Assembly: GCA_963755715.1 (NCBI GenBank)
Contig: CAVWLW010000064.1
Span: forward strand, 1 to 64,000
Length of the DNA stretch: 64,000 nt
Direction of reading: 5' to 3'
Source: an uncultured delta proteobacterium
Lineage (GTDB): Bacteria; Desulfobacterota; Binatia; UBA9968
Shown here one piece after another: positions 32,685-42,147 of this stretch. Position 1 is the first letter of the stretch; every line of letters starts with the position of its first letter. The translations under genes were made by a program, and so were the position numbers. The notes below the pieces were generated by a model, which saw only the letters and a list, made by a program, of their open reading frames with translations, was not told the DNA's origin and made no database searches.

Positions 32685-34976
32685 TTACCGACCTCCCGCC
32701 ATGACGGCATTGGCGACCGCCGCCTGTCCCAGCGCGATACCGCCGTCGTTGTTGGGAACTTGCCGATTTAGATAAACTTCAAATGCGCTACTTCGCAATG
32801 CAGGAACGAGGCGCTCCAGCAGATAGCCGTTCTGAAATGTTCCGCCACTGAGACAGACGAGATTCAAGCCGTCGGTCTCGCGCAGCCGTCGGCATATTAC
32901 AACGATGACCGCGACGATAGTGTTATGAAACTTCGCAGCGATCGAGTTAACTGAAACTTTCATTTGAATGTCTAGCACGAGGCGTTCGATCGCGGGACGC
33001 AGATCAATTTCCCAAGGACTGCTGGCGCCGATCTCGAAAGGATAGCTCTCCGAGATTCCTTCGCGCACAGCCATTTCAAGTTCGATGGCTGCCTGTCCTT
33101 CGTAATTTACCTCATGGCGTAGACCCATTATCGAAGCGACCGCGTCGAACAGCCGTCCACAGGACGATGTCTGGACCGTGTTCAGCCCCCGTTGGATCAT
33201 CGACGTAACCATCTCGATTTTCTTTTCCGCAACTCGGTCCCAACCAGGAAGCCCTAAGAAAAGCGGATCTGCGCCCAGAGCGTCGCGCAGATAACTGAGC
33301 GCCATGCGCCAAGGCTCGCGAATCGCTCTATCGCCACCCGCCAGAGGGACACAGCGTAAGTGCGCCCGGCGCTCATAGCCGGCAAGCCTTGTTACGAGAA
33401 ATTCTCCGCCCCAAATCGTGCCGTCCCCGCCGTAGCCAAGACCGTCGAAGGCGACACCGATGACGGGACCGTTTAGGCCGTGCTCGGCCATGCAGCTTGC
33501 GATATGGGCATGATGGTGTTGCACGGCGATCTTGGTGAGTCCATGAATTCCGACGGCGTATTTGGTGGAGAGGTATTCGGGGTGGAGATCATGGGCGATC
33601 ACGGCGGGCTCGACGGCGAAGAGATTTTTGAAATGTGCAATGCCATCCACGAAAGACTTCAACGTCTCGTAGTTTTCCAGGTCGCCGATATGGTGGCTCA
33701 TGAAGGCATGGCGCTCTTTACCCAGGCAAAAGGTGTTCTTGAGATGAGCGCCGCAGGCGAGCACCGGTTGAACGAATGGCGCGCTCATGAAAATCGGCTG
33801 CGGCGCATAGCCGCGCGAGCGGCGGATGATCAATTCGCGCCGGTCGATCGTGCGTGCAACGGAATCGTCACAGCGCATGTGAATCTGCCGGTCGTGGACC
33901 AGGAAATAGTCGGCGATTTGTTCAAGCCGGCCAAGGGCATCGTCATCCCTGTATGCGATCGGCTCTTCACTCAAATTGCCGCTGGTCATCACCCATATCA
34001 TGTCCGAATCCGCAAGCAGCAGATGATGCAATGGGGTATAAGGCAACATAAAACCGAGTTGCCGTTGGCCGGGCGCGACTGCGTCGCCGATCGGAATGTC
34101 TTCATGTTTACGCAGGAGCACGATCGGTCGTTGCAGCGAAGACAACAGCCTCTCGTCTTCGAGCGCGACAATGCAGAACTTCCTCACCGCGTTCAAATCG
34201 CGCGCCATCAAAGCGAACGGCTTGTCCTCACGATGCTTCCGCGCTCTCAGCCGGCGCACGGCGTCATGATCGAGCGCGTTACATGCGAGGTGGTAACCGC
34301 CCAGACCTTTCACCGCGAGAATCGCGCCCTGGCTCAGTAATTGCGCGGCGGCAAAGACCGCATCAGGCTCGGCGCTCTCGCGACCTTGAAAATCGAGCAA
34401 CCGAACCCGCGGGCCACAGCGCGGACAAGCATTCGGCTGTGCATGAAAGCGACGATTGGCCGGATCGTGATATTCCCGCGCGCAATCGGCGCACATCTTA
34501 AAGCACTCCATGGTTGTGCGCTCGCGATCGTAGGGAACGTCCTTGATAATCGTGAAGCGCGGACCGCAGTTGGTACAATTTATAAATGGATAACGGTAGC
34601 GCCGGTCGCTTGGATCGAAGAGTTCCTTAAAGCAATCCTCGCAGGTCGGTGTGTCTGGAGACATCAAAACGTTCCGTTGCTCGTCGCCGTGGCTGGTGAC
34701 GATCTTAAACTCAGATTCGCCCGTGGGCGGGACAATCGAACAATCGATGTTTTCGATGCGGGCAAGAGGCGGCGGCGCTTCCGTCAACACCGCTAGAAAG
34801 CCATCCAGCGCCGCCTGCTCGCCTTCGAGCTCGATAGTTACGCCTGCTGTGTCATTGAGAACGAACCCCGCCAAACCGTTCTTGAGCGCCAACCCGTGAA
34901 CGAAGGGCCGAAAGCCTACTCCTTGCACGACGCCCGCGACGGTAATGTGCCGGCGCTCGGTCATGGCGATCCTCAT
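32685..34976 (-). CDS. hypF: Carbamoyltransferase
   Basis: VQGVGFRPF, CTNCGPR, FHAQPNACPRCGP, HHHAH, NDGGIALGQ; ATGA overlap with the upstream gene. Confidence 0.97.
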   Translation of the reverse strand: MRIAMTERRHITVAGVVQGVGFRPFVHGLALKNGLAGFVLNDTAGVTIELEGEQAALDGFLAVLTEAPPPLARIENIDCSIVPPTGESEFKIVTSHGDEQRNVLMSPDTPTCEDCFKELFDPSDRRYRYPFINCTNCGPRFTIIKDVPYDRERTTMECFKMCADCAREYHDPANRRFHAQPNACPRCGPRVRLLDFQGRESAEPDAVFAAAQLLSQGAILAVKGLGGYHLACNALDHDAVRRLRARKHREDKPFALMARDLNAVRKFCIVALEDERLLSSLQRPIVLLRKHEDIPIGDAVAPGQRQLGFMLPYTPLHHLLLADSDMIWVMTSGNLSEEPIAYRDDDALGRLEQIADYFLVHDRQIHMRCDDSVARTIDRRELIIRRSRGYAPQPIFMSAPFVQPVLACGAHLKNTFCLGKERHAFMSHHIGDLENYETLKSFVDGIAHFKNLFAVEPAVIAHDLHPEYLSTKYAVGIHGLTKIAVQHHHAHIASCMAEHGLNGPVIGVAFDGLGYGGDGTIWGGEFLVTRLAGYERRAHLRCVPLAGGDRAIREPWRMALSYLRDALGADPLFLGLPGWDRVAEKKIEMVTSMIQRGLNTVQTSSCGRLFDAVASIMGLRHEVNYEGQAAIELEMAVREGISESYPFEIGASSPWEIDLRPAIERLVLDIQMKVSVNSIAAKFHNTIVAVIVVICRRLRETDGLNLVCLSGGTFQNGYLLERLVPALRSSAFEVYLNRQVPNNDGGIALGQAAVANAVMAGGR

Positions 34977-35245
34977 CCTCCGGGATCCGCCATTTCCGCC
35001 AGCGGCAGCACTTGATACGTCGAGAAATTGAAAACCGGCGACATCGCGAGCAACCGATCCAACTCTTCGTTCGACTCGACATTGTAGATCCAGGCGCCGC
35101 CGTGACTGCCGACGACGTGATAGCGGCACTCGAGCTTGCCTTCGGCTTCAAGCTTCTTGCCGTACTTGGATTGATCCATGACCGCGGCCATCATTTGCGG
35201 ACTGATTCGGCTCACTTCCAGATGCCAGAGCACGAGAAACTTCAT
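34973..35245 (-). CDS. Small muconolactone-isomerase/DUF3303-like alpha+beta protein
   Basis: MKFLV...LEAEGKL...IYNVESNEELDRLLAMSP...VLPL pattern. Confidence 0.7.
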   Translation of the reverse strand: MKFLVLWHLEVSRISPQMMAAVMDQSKYGKKLEAEGKLECRYHVVGSHGGAWIYNVESNEELDRLLAMSPVFNFSTYQVLPLAEMADPGG

Positions 35246-35248
35246 GAA

Positions 35249-35545
35249 TCAGTCTTCGTCTTTGAATTCATTTTTGAGGTCATCTTCGTCCCATCCCGGC
35301 GGCAATTCATTGGTGAACGCTTCGCCCATTCCCGTTAAAAATTCCATGGACGCTTTCGCCTCATTCTCCTGCATTTTCGCAATGGCAAAGCCGACGTGGA
35401 TGAGCACCCAGTCGCCGCAAGCCAAACCTTCTTTCTCGACCATGCCGATGTTGATCACGCGTTCCGAGCCGAAGACGCTTACGCGCGCCAGGTCCCTGGG
35501 TTCCCGGAGAATTTCGATGATCTGCCCGGCGATTCCGAGACACAT
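35249..35545 (-). CDS. hypC: HypC/HupF chaperone (copy 1)
   Basis: MCLGIAG, WVLIHVGFA; acidic tail. Confidence 0.93.
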   Translation of the reverse strand: MCLGIAGQIIEILREPRDLARVSVFGSERVINIGMVEKEGLACGDWVLIHVGFAIAKMQENEAKASMEFLTGMGEAFTNELPPGWDEDDLKNEFKDED

Positions 35546-35556
35546 GCCGTTACTCC

Positions 35557-35910
35557 TTAAGCGCGGTCACTGCTCGCTGCGTCGTACTCGATGGACTCCA
35601 AAATAAGCTCGTCGCCTCCCGCTAGATCGAGGTCGACGCCGCTGCAGCTCGCGCACGCGATCGCGAGCTCCTCGCTGTCGAATGTCGCGCCGCACGACCG
35701 GCAAACAACTTTGACCGGAACAACGACAATATCGACAGCCGCGTTATCTGCCTCCGTGCCCTCGGCGGCATGGGCGAAGGCATGGTGAAAAGCCTCTTCG
35801 ACGATTCGGTGCATCACGCCGACGCGAACTTTCACCCGCGCGACGCGCCGGCCGGCGGCGCGCCTCTGTATGGCGTCAACGATTCCGTCGCACATGCCAT
35901 ATTCATGCAT
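35557..35910 (-). CDS. hypA: Nickel metallochaperone
   Basis: MHE start; CRSC...CASC. Confidence 0.95.
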   Translation of the reverse strand: MHEYGMCDGIVDAIQRRAAGRRVARVKVRVGVMHRIVEEAFHHAFAHAAEGTEADNAAVDIVVVPVKVVCRSCGATFDSEELAIACASCSGVDLDLAGGDELILESIEYDAASSDRA

Positions 35911-35958
35911 GGTTCCTCCGTGCCGCGACCGAGCGCTCCGGGATGGCGCAAAATCTTT

Positions 35959-36486
35959 TCACCCGACGATATCCGAGCTGCGTTTGGCAACGACCTCTTG
36001 CGACATGCGGTCCGCGGCCAGATCGTCGACGACGGAATGAACCAGTCGGACCGCTTCCTCGACGGCGCGGCCAACGGGTTCGCTGAGACCGATCCCGTCG
36101 TCGATAACGAGCGGCTCGCAGCCGACGATCAGCACACGGCGCGGAGATCCTCCCAATGACTTGAGCGTGGCAAAGACCACTTGCGGATCCATGCTATGGG
36201 CGTCCATGGAAGCCGATTGCTGAGCGTCAATGTTGTCCAAGTCCGGTTCGATTAAATAGACCGTGCCCGGCGCTTCTCCGCGCGGCGCGGCATCGATCAA
36301 GATCGTCGTATCGTAGCCGCCATCGAGCATCTCGTAGGCGAGGTGAACACCGCGGATGCCGAAGTCCGCGACTTTCACCCCTTCGGGTAATTCGCTATCG
36401 GCCAGACGCTTCGCAACCTCGACGCCGAAACCGTCGTCCTGGAGAAAAATATTGCCGATGCCGGCGACGAGAATGCATTGGCTCAT
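35959..36486 (-). CDS. Hydrogenase maturation endopeptidase (HupD/HycI family)
   Basis: AGIGNIFLQDDGFG, IDAA, DAH, GCEP. Confidence 0.93.
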   Translation of the reverse strand: MSQCILVAGIGNIFLQDDGFGVEVAKRLADSELPEGVKVADFGIRGVHLAYEMLDGGYDTTILIDAAPRGEAPGTVYLIEPDLDNIDAQQSASMDAHSMDPQVVFATLKSLGGSPRRVLIVGCEPLVIDDGIGLSEPVGRAVEEAVRLVHSVVDDLAADRMSQEVVAKRSSDIVG

Positions 36487-36516
36487 CTCGGTTCTCCCAT
36501 TGTCCTATGCCGGAAA

Positions 36517-36648
36517 TTACATGCGGCTGATTTTTATATAGCGGATGATGTCCGGCAGATTTTTAGCCAGCACATAACCAAGGGCTACGAGCGCGACCAT
36601 GCCCAGGAGAGATGGCTTATTACACTCGTTATTGCTTTTGCTCGACAT
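36517..36648 (-). CDS. 43-aa membrane peptide (group 1h accessory-type; absent from the ORF track)
   Basis: RBS TAAGGAGA; MSSKSNNECNKPSLLGMVALVALGYVLAKNLPDIIRYIKISRM*. Confidence 0.75.
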   Translation of the reverse strand: MSSKSNNECNKPSLLGMVALVALGYVLAKNLPDIIRYIKISRM

Positions 36649-36688
36649 TGTTTCTCCTTACTGCCCTGATCGGCCCGAATAAAGACCA

Positions 36689-38041
36689 TCAGCGCTCCTT
36701 CAACGGTTCCACTTCGTCCGGATAAAAGTAAAGATATCTGCCGTGCCAGCGGTGCAGCTCCGTTGCCGGATCGTCAGCCAGCGCGACCGCGAGATATTGC
36801 TTATCGTCCACATCAGAAAAGACCGCCTCGACCGTCGCGACTCTGCCCTGAAGAAACAAGTCCTGAGCGTCGGCGCGGCGCAATCCCGGTCGCAATCGCA
36901 CGCGGCTGCCCTTCGCCACGGCAACTCCGTCGATCTGGACGTGATCGGTCTCCGGCGACACCGAGTCGTCGGCGGCAGGATTCCACCACGGCACGGTATC
37001 CGTTTGGTTTTCCGGCTTCGCCGCCGACTTCCGCAGGTAACGGACCGCGCCGTGCAAACGTTCGAGGACCTCACCTGGCAAGCTATCGACGCGGTCGATG
37101 ATCGCCGCGGCGCGCGTGTCGGTGGCGCGCGCGGCGCTTTTCTCGTCGTCGGTCAAAGTCATCGTGCGCAGCGCGAGGATCTCGTCAATCTCCGTGGCGT
37201 CGTACATATCGCCGGGGCTTTCCGCCGCGACACAGGGATAATCGTAAAGAATAATCGGCGACGACAGCATCACGTCGCGCTCCCCTTCAGTGCCGACTAA
37301 AACCGGCCAGGTGTGAAGATTTTCGCAGGATGCAGTCGCGGCGCGGGCAAATTCGGGCGGATCGAGAAGCGACAGCAACGCGCCGTCGCGAACCGCTAAA
37401 ATAACATGCGCGCCGGCCAGCGCGTGGCGCAGGGCGCGCGCACGGTTATTTTCCGCTCCCGCCCAGGGCGTCCAATTTTCCACCCGAATGCGTAACTTGA
37501 TGAGACTTCCCCGCCTCTCGCCGCTGACGCGAATGACACCGCTGATCGGGAAACGCTCGCGCACCACGCGCCCGTTTACGATTCCGGATGCCGCCGTGAC
37601 GGCCTCGATGTCCCGGCCCGCAGGAACATCAAAGGGAAACACTTTTTCTGCGCGGCAAATCTCGCCGAGGTCGATTGCCGTTTGATCGATCTCCCGCTCG
37701 ACGCCCTCATCCCACGCGAATAGTTCCTGGCCTTCCACTTCGAGCCTGTCGACAGGGACGAATCCATCTGACGTTCCTGGCGCCGTCTGTTCGACGCTTC
37801 TCGCCTGAATCTGAAGAAACCTCAGGCGCAAATCGAACTCCGGTCGATCGCCGGGTTCGACGAGACACTCGGTCTGGGTCACCCACGGCTCGCCGGCGCC
37901 GTTCTCGCTGTAGTCGCGCGGCATGACCACACCGAACTGCCAGCGCAGCTGATTTTTCGTCGCACTGGCGCGGTAGGGGTAGAGCAAATAACCTTCGTAA
38001 AGCACCGCATTGGCGACTTGCTGAGCCATCTCGAATTTCAT
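36689..38041 (-). CDS. Conserved group 1h hydrogenase-associated protein
   Basis: AVLYEGYLLYPYR, SSPIILYDYP, DATEIDEIL, ADAQDLFL, GRYLYFYPDEV. Confidence 0.85.
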   Translation of the reverse strand: MKFEMAQQVANAVLYEGYLLYPYRASATKNQLRWQFGVVMPRDYSENGAGEPWVTQTECLVEPGDRPEFDLRLRFLQIQARSVEQTAPGTSDGFVPVDRLEVEGQELFAWDEGVEREIDQTAIDLGEICRAEKVFPFDVPAGRDIEAVTAASGIVNGRVVRERFPISGVIRVSGERRGSLIKLRIRVENWTPWAGAENNRARALRHALAGAHVILAVRDGALLSLLDPPEFARAATASCENLHTWPVLVGTEGERDVMLSSPIILYDYPCVAAESPGDMYDATEIDEILALRTMTLTDDEKSAARATDTRAAAIIDRVDSLPGEVLERLHGAVRYLRKSAAKPENQTDTVPWWNPAADDSVSPETDHVQIDGVAVAKGSRVRLRPGLRRADAQDLFLQGRVATVEAVFSDVDDKQYLAVALADDPATELHRWHGRYLYFYPDEVEPLKER

Positions 38042-38682
38042 CTTCGGTCCTTATCGACGGCCTCATTAAGCAGAGTTTCGATGGCATCGTCCCAGGTGAG
38101 CAGCGCGTGGCGCCCTTTAAAGCGATATAAAGCATCGAAGCTGTCGCGTCTGAGCCGGATCCATGCGCTGCCGGGAAAATAACGGTCCATCAAATCGCGC
38201 CACAACCGGACCGGCATTCGGTATTTCGCCTCTTTCTCCCAGGGCACCTGCTCGACGCTGAAGCCGAGTTGGCCGCGCGCGAAGATCGACCCGCTGAAAA
38301 GAAACAACAGCGGGACTTCCCCGTCCTCGAGCGCTTCCAAATACTTGGCGGCCACGACTTCGAAATCGTAGGTGCATGTAATCGGCAGGTCGATCACAGT
38401 CGTGCCTTCGAAACCCGGCACCATCAGCGACGCTTGCGTCCACAAAAGTGATCTAAGCGTACCACTCCAGCGATCCGGCGCGCCGAAAAGCTCGATCAGC
38501 AGATCTTCTTCATGATGCGAATAGCGGCGCTGCCGTGGCTCCACTTGGATCTGGCTGCGCAGCGCAATCGCGTGGATCCGCTCCCCCGAGCTCTCCGTGA
38601 TTTGCAGCCGAAACAGCAACGTCGGTATGACCGCATACGGCTCGACCCGGGCATCGATGATCGTGAAAGCAAGCTCGCTCAT
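38038..38682 (-). CDS. Group 1h accessory protein (DUF6084-like)
   Basis: IALRSQIQVEPRQRRY, CTYDFEV, FLFSGSIF, VPWEKEA. Confidence 0.8.
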   Translation of the reverse strand: MSELAFTIIDARVEPYAVIPTLLFRLQITESSGERIHAIALRSQIQVEPRQRRYSHHEEDLLIELFGAPDRWSGTLRSLLWTQASLMVPGFEGTTVIDLPITCTYDFEVVAAKYLEALEDGEVPLLFLFSGSIFARGQLGFSVEQVPWEKEAKYRMPVRLWRDLMDRYFPGSAWIRLRRDSFDALYRFKGRHALLTWDDAIETLLNEAVDKDRR

Positions 38683-39344
38683 GCGCTGATCCCCGCCTCC
38701 GCGCTGGTTTCGCCGCTGCGCACGCGCAGGTCGGCAAAAAAGCCGTCGATCTCATTCCAGGCATCTTCGCCGCCATCAAATCCCTTCCAGCACCGGCGGA
38801 TACGACCGACCAACTCGTAGCAGGCATCGATCGGAACGATGTAGCAGTCGAAGTTCTCGCGCCGCTTGAGATTGCGCACGAGCAGAGCCTCGACGTCCGC
38901 GCCGAGGGTTTCGAGCGCTGGATTCAGCTTGACCAATTCATCCCAGGTCTCCAGCGCAAGCAACGACTCGGTGGCGCCCGCCGGGCCCGGATAGAAGACC
39001 ACCATGCGGCCCAGCGATGAATTGAAAAAGAAAAATGCGATGCCGACCGGAATTTGCAAACTGTCCCATTGCGCGTCGGTTAGCACCAGCTCGGGAAGAT
39101 TGAGATAACGCGCCGGCACCGCCTTGAATTTCCCTGCCGCCGCGCCGTCGCGGGTAAAGAGCAAGTAACAGGGTCGGCACACACACATAAGGCTCCGGGT
39201 CTCGACGTTGACTACATGCGAATGCGGTTCGGCGATCTCGGCTCGGCAAAATTCGCAGGCACCGGCGGAGCGCGGCCGCGCGCGCGGTTCGACGAAACGT
39301 CTGAGCTTGGTAAGAGGCTGGCTATTCTCCATGCGGGCGCTCAC
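38679..39344 (-). CDS. Group 1h accessory protein (DUF5947-like)
   Basis: CEFC...H.H...CVCRPC, IPVGIAFF, YPGPAGATES, PIDACYELVG. Confidence 0.8.
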   Translation of the reverse strand: MSARMENSQPLTKLRRFVEPRARPRSAGACEFCRAEIAEPHSHVVNVETRSLMCVCRPCYLLFTRDGAAAGKFKAVPARYLNLPELVLTDAQWDSLQIPVGIAFFFFNSSLGRMVVFYPGPAGATESLLALETWDELVKLNPALETLGADVEALLVRNLKRRENFDCYIVPIDACYELVGRIRRCWKGFDGGEDAWNEIDGFFADLRVRSGETSAEAGISA

Positions 39345-39356
39345 GGTATCGGTTGC

Positions 39357-40244
39357 TCAAGACGATATCGCCGGAATGGCGATGCGAATTTCACTCTGCT
39401 GCGCGAGCAGCGGCAACGGCGCCATATGCAGATCGCCCCCGTCCGTGCATTGGCCGGCGCGCCGCACGTCGTAACGGCGCCCGCAGGTAGAACAGGTCAA
39501 AAAATTTCCCCGTAAGGAATTTTCGCGCAGCGCGACACCACAGGCTGGGCACGAATCCTGATACGCATAGAAAGTCTCGCCTACCCTGCAAACAAGGACG
39601 TTCATCCCGCCCAGTGCAGTGGCAGCGAGATTGCTATGAGCGAACTCAGGCAACTGGCCGAGCGCATGCCATTCTCCCGACGGAACACGACCTTCTTCCG
39701 TCTGCGCTGGATCGTTTTTAGAAATTTTATTTCCTGAAGAGGCGGCCGGCGCGACGTCGGTCGCGCCCTCGACTTCGATGCGTGCCACCTCGGGCGCGGC
39801 TTCTTCGATCGCCTTCTCGACCGCCAGCTTCATGGTGATCGTCGAAGATGGACAACCGTGGCAGCTTCCCTCCAAACGCAAATAGGCGACGCCATCGGCG
39901 ACGCGCACGAGCTTGACATCCCCGCCGTGCGAGCCCAGATAGGGACGGACGCGATCGAGGGCGCGCAGGATTCTCGTCTTCACATCCAGTGGATGCAAGT
40001 TGTGGAGCACCAGCAGGCTGCCCACGAGGTCATCTGAGCCGAGCCGATCCATAATTTCATCGGATCGGCCCGCTGCATCGACGATGCGCAGGACGCGGTC
40101 GAGCGCTCCGCCATATAATTCCATGAGCAGCCTAACCAACTCTTCGGCCCTTTCGCGCATGCGCGGATCCGCGACCACAGCAAATTCCTCGAGCAACCCA
40201 TCGATACGCTCGCCCACCGCGCGCAGATCCTTGGCCTTCGTCAT
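39357..40244 (-). CDS. NifU-domain plus Rieske-like Fe-S protein (HhyE-like)
   Basis: VRPYLGSHGGD, GSCHGCPSS; C-terminal CPAC...CSTC. Confidence 0.85.
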   Translation of the reverse strand: MTKAKDLRAVGERIDGLLEEFAVVADPRMRERAEELVRLLMELYGGALDRVLRIVDAAGRSDEIMDRLGSDDLVGSLLVLHNLHPLDVKTRILRALDRVRPYLGSHGGDVKLVRVADGVAYLRLEGSCHGCPSSTITMKLAVEKAIEEAAPEVARIEVEGATDVAPAASSGNKISKNDPAQTEEGRVPSGEWHALGQLPEFAHSNLAATALGGMNVLVCRVGETFYAYQDSCPACGVALRENSLRGNFLTCSTCGRRYDVRRAGQCTDGGDLHMAPLPLLAQQSEIRIAIPAISS

Positions 40245-40296
40245 TGGCGTGCCCTCGTAATGATTGCTGGTATCGGCCATCGACAGATGCCTTTGC

Positions 40297-42069
40297 TCAT
40301 CCCACTTGGTTGAGCAGCGTCGGCGAATGGCGTTTTTCCAGGACTTTGCCGTTGCCGAGATACATGTGAACGCCGCACGGCAGGCACGGATCGAAACTGC
40401 GCACGGTGCGCATGATATCGATGCCTTTGAATTTGTCTCCGGGTCCATTCTCTTCGAAAATCGGCGAGCCCTGCACCGCGTCTTCGTAAGGCCCGGGCGT
40501 GCCGTAGATGTCGCGCGGATTGCCGTTCCACGGCGTCGGCGGATAGGGGTGATAGTTGGCGATCTTACCGTCACGAATCACCATGTGATGGGAAAGCACG
40601 CCGCGCACCGCTTCGGTGAAGCCGCAGCCGATGGCATCTTTGGGAACCTTGAACGGCTCCCAGGTCTTGGTGTGTCCGGCGCGCACCTCTTTCAGTGCCT
40701 GTTCGACAAAATGCAGCGCCGCAGCGGCTGCGTAAGCTTGGAAATAGGTGCGCGCCCGGTCGCGCTCGATGGTATTGCTCCACTTGGGAATCTTCCATTC
40801 GAAACTGACCTCAGGCTTGGTCGCGGTCTTGGGCAGATTGAAGATCACGCTGGTCCCGGTCGCCTTCACGTAGCCGATATCAACCAGTCCGGCCAGCGCG
40901 GTGACCCACAAACGGGCGAGCGGTCCGCCGCCGGTATCGAGCGCGAGATGATCCTTGCCGTCGTACCAACGCGGCGACATCACCCAACTATACTTGTCGT
41001 CAAAGTCTCGTTTCTGCGGTTTTGGAATCGTGTGTTGATTCCAAGGGTGGTGCTCGTCCACCGGATTTCCTAGGGGATCGTTTTTGACGAATATTTCTTT
41101 GCCTTCCCAATTGTCGTAGTACGAATGGCCGAGCAGTATGCGGATACCGAGATTGATCTTGACCAGATCGGTGGTGAGCAGTTTGCCGTCGACCACCACC
41201 CCCGGGGTGACAAACATCTTGCGTCCCCAATCGGTCATATCGCGATAGTTGAAATTGCAATACTCCGGATCTTGCAAACTTCCCCAACAACCGAGCAGAA
41301 CCCGGCGCTCGCCGACTTTTTCGTATCCGGGCATGGCTTCGTAGAAGAAATCGAAAAGATCGTCATGCATCGGCACGACGCGCTTCATGAATTCTACGTA
41401 CCGCATCAAGCGCGTCAGATAGTCCGTGAACAACTGGATCGTCGCAACCGTGCCCACGCCGCCGGGATAGAGCGTCGACGGATGGACATGGCGCCCTTCC
41501 ATCAAACAAAACATTTCGCGGGTCATGCGGCTCATCTGCAGCGCTTCGCGGTAGAATTCGCCTTCCAACGGATTGAGCGACTTCATGATATCGCCGATGG
41601 TGCGATAACCATGGGCGCTCGCATGCGCGGCCTCGGTCTTGGCGGCCTTCTCCCAAACACCAGGATTGGTCTCGCGCACCATCCGTTCGCAGAAATCCAC
41701 GCCGACGAGGTTTTCCTGGAAGATGTTATGATCGAACATATATTCCGCCGCCTCGCCCAAGTTGACGATCCACTCGCCGAGATGCGGCGGCCTGACGCCA
41801 TAGGCCATATTCTGGGTATAGCAAGAGCAGGTGGCGTGATTATCGCCGCAGATGCCGCAGATCCGGCTGGTGATGAAATGCGCGTCGCGCGGATCCTTGC
41901 CTTTCATGAAAATGCTGTAGCCGCGAAAGATCGATGAAGTGCTGTGGCACTCGGCGACCGTGCGTTTGCCGAAGTCGATCTTGGTGTAAATACCCAGGCT
42001 GCCGACGATCCGAGTGATCGGATCCCACGCCATCTCAACGAGGTTGGAATTGGTTTGCGCCGTGGCCAT
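40297..42069 (-). CDS. hhyL: Group 1h [NiFe]-hydrogenase large subunit
   Basis: L1 motif TSRICGICGDNH; L2 motif SFDPCLPCGVH; WDPITRIVG. Confidence 0.97.
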   Translation of the reverse strand: MATAQTNSNLVEMAWDPITRIVGSLGIYTKIDFGKRTVAECHSTSSIFRGYSIFMKGKDPRDAHFITSRICGICGDNHATCSCYTQNMAYGVRPPHLGEWIVNLGEAAEYMFDHNIFQENLVGVDFCERMVRETNPGVWEKAAKTEAAHASAHGYRTIGDIMKSLNPLEGEFYREALQMSRMTREMFCLMEGRHVHPSTLYPGGVGTVATIQLFTDYLTRLMRYVEFMKRVVPMHDDLFDFFYEAMPGYEKVGERRVLLGCWGSLQDPEYCNFNYRDMTDWGRKMFVTPGVVVDGKLLTTDLVKINLGIRILLGHSYYDNWEGKEIFVKNDPLGNPVDEHHPWNQHTIPKPQKRDFDDKYSWVMSPRWYDGKDHLALDTGGGPLARLWVTALAGLVDIGYVKATGTSVIFNLPKTATKPEVSFEWKIPKWSNTIERDRARTYFQAYAAAAALHFVEQALKEVRAGHTKTWEPFKVPKDAIGCGFTEAVRGVLSHHMVIRDGKIANYHPYPPTPWNGNPRDIYGTPGPYEDAVQGSPIFEENGPGDKFKGIDIMRTVRSFDPCLPCGVHMYLGNGKVLEKRHSPTLLNQVG

Positions 42070-42147
42070 GTTTTAGCCCTCCTTCACCGTGTTCCTGCGC
42101 CCGTTTGGTTTGGCCGAAGCACCTCTATGGCCTGCGGCTCCTTCTCG

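Noticed and set aside
40245-40574. Long N-terminal extension of the NifU-like ORF
   Set aside because: It overlaps the hhyL 3' end in another frame; the real start is at 40244 or 40280
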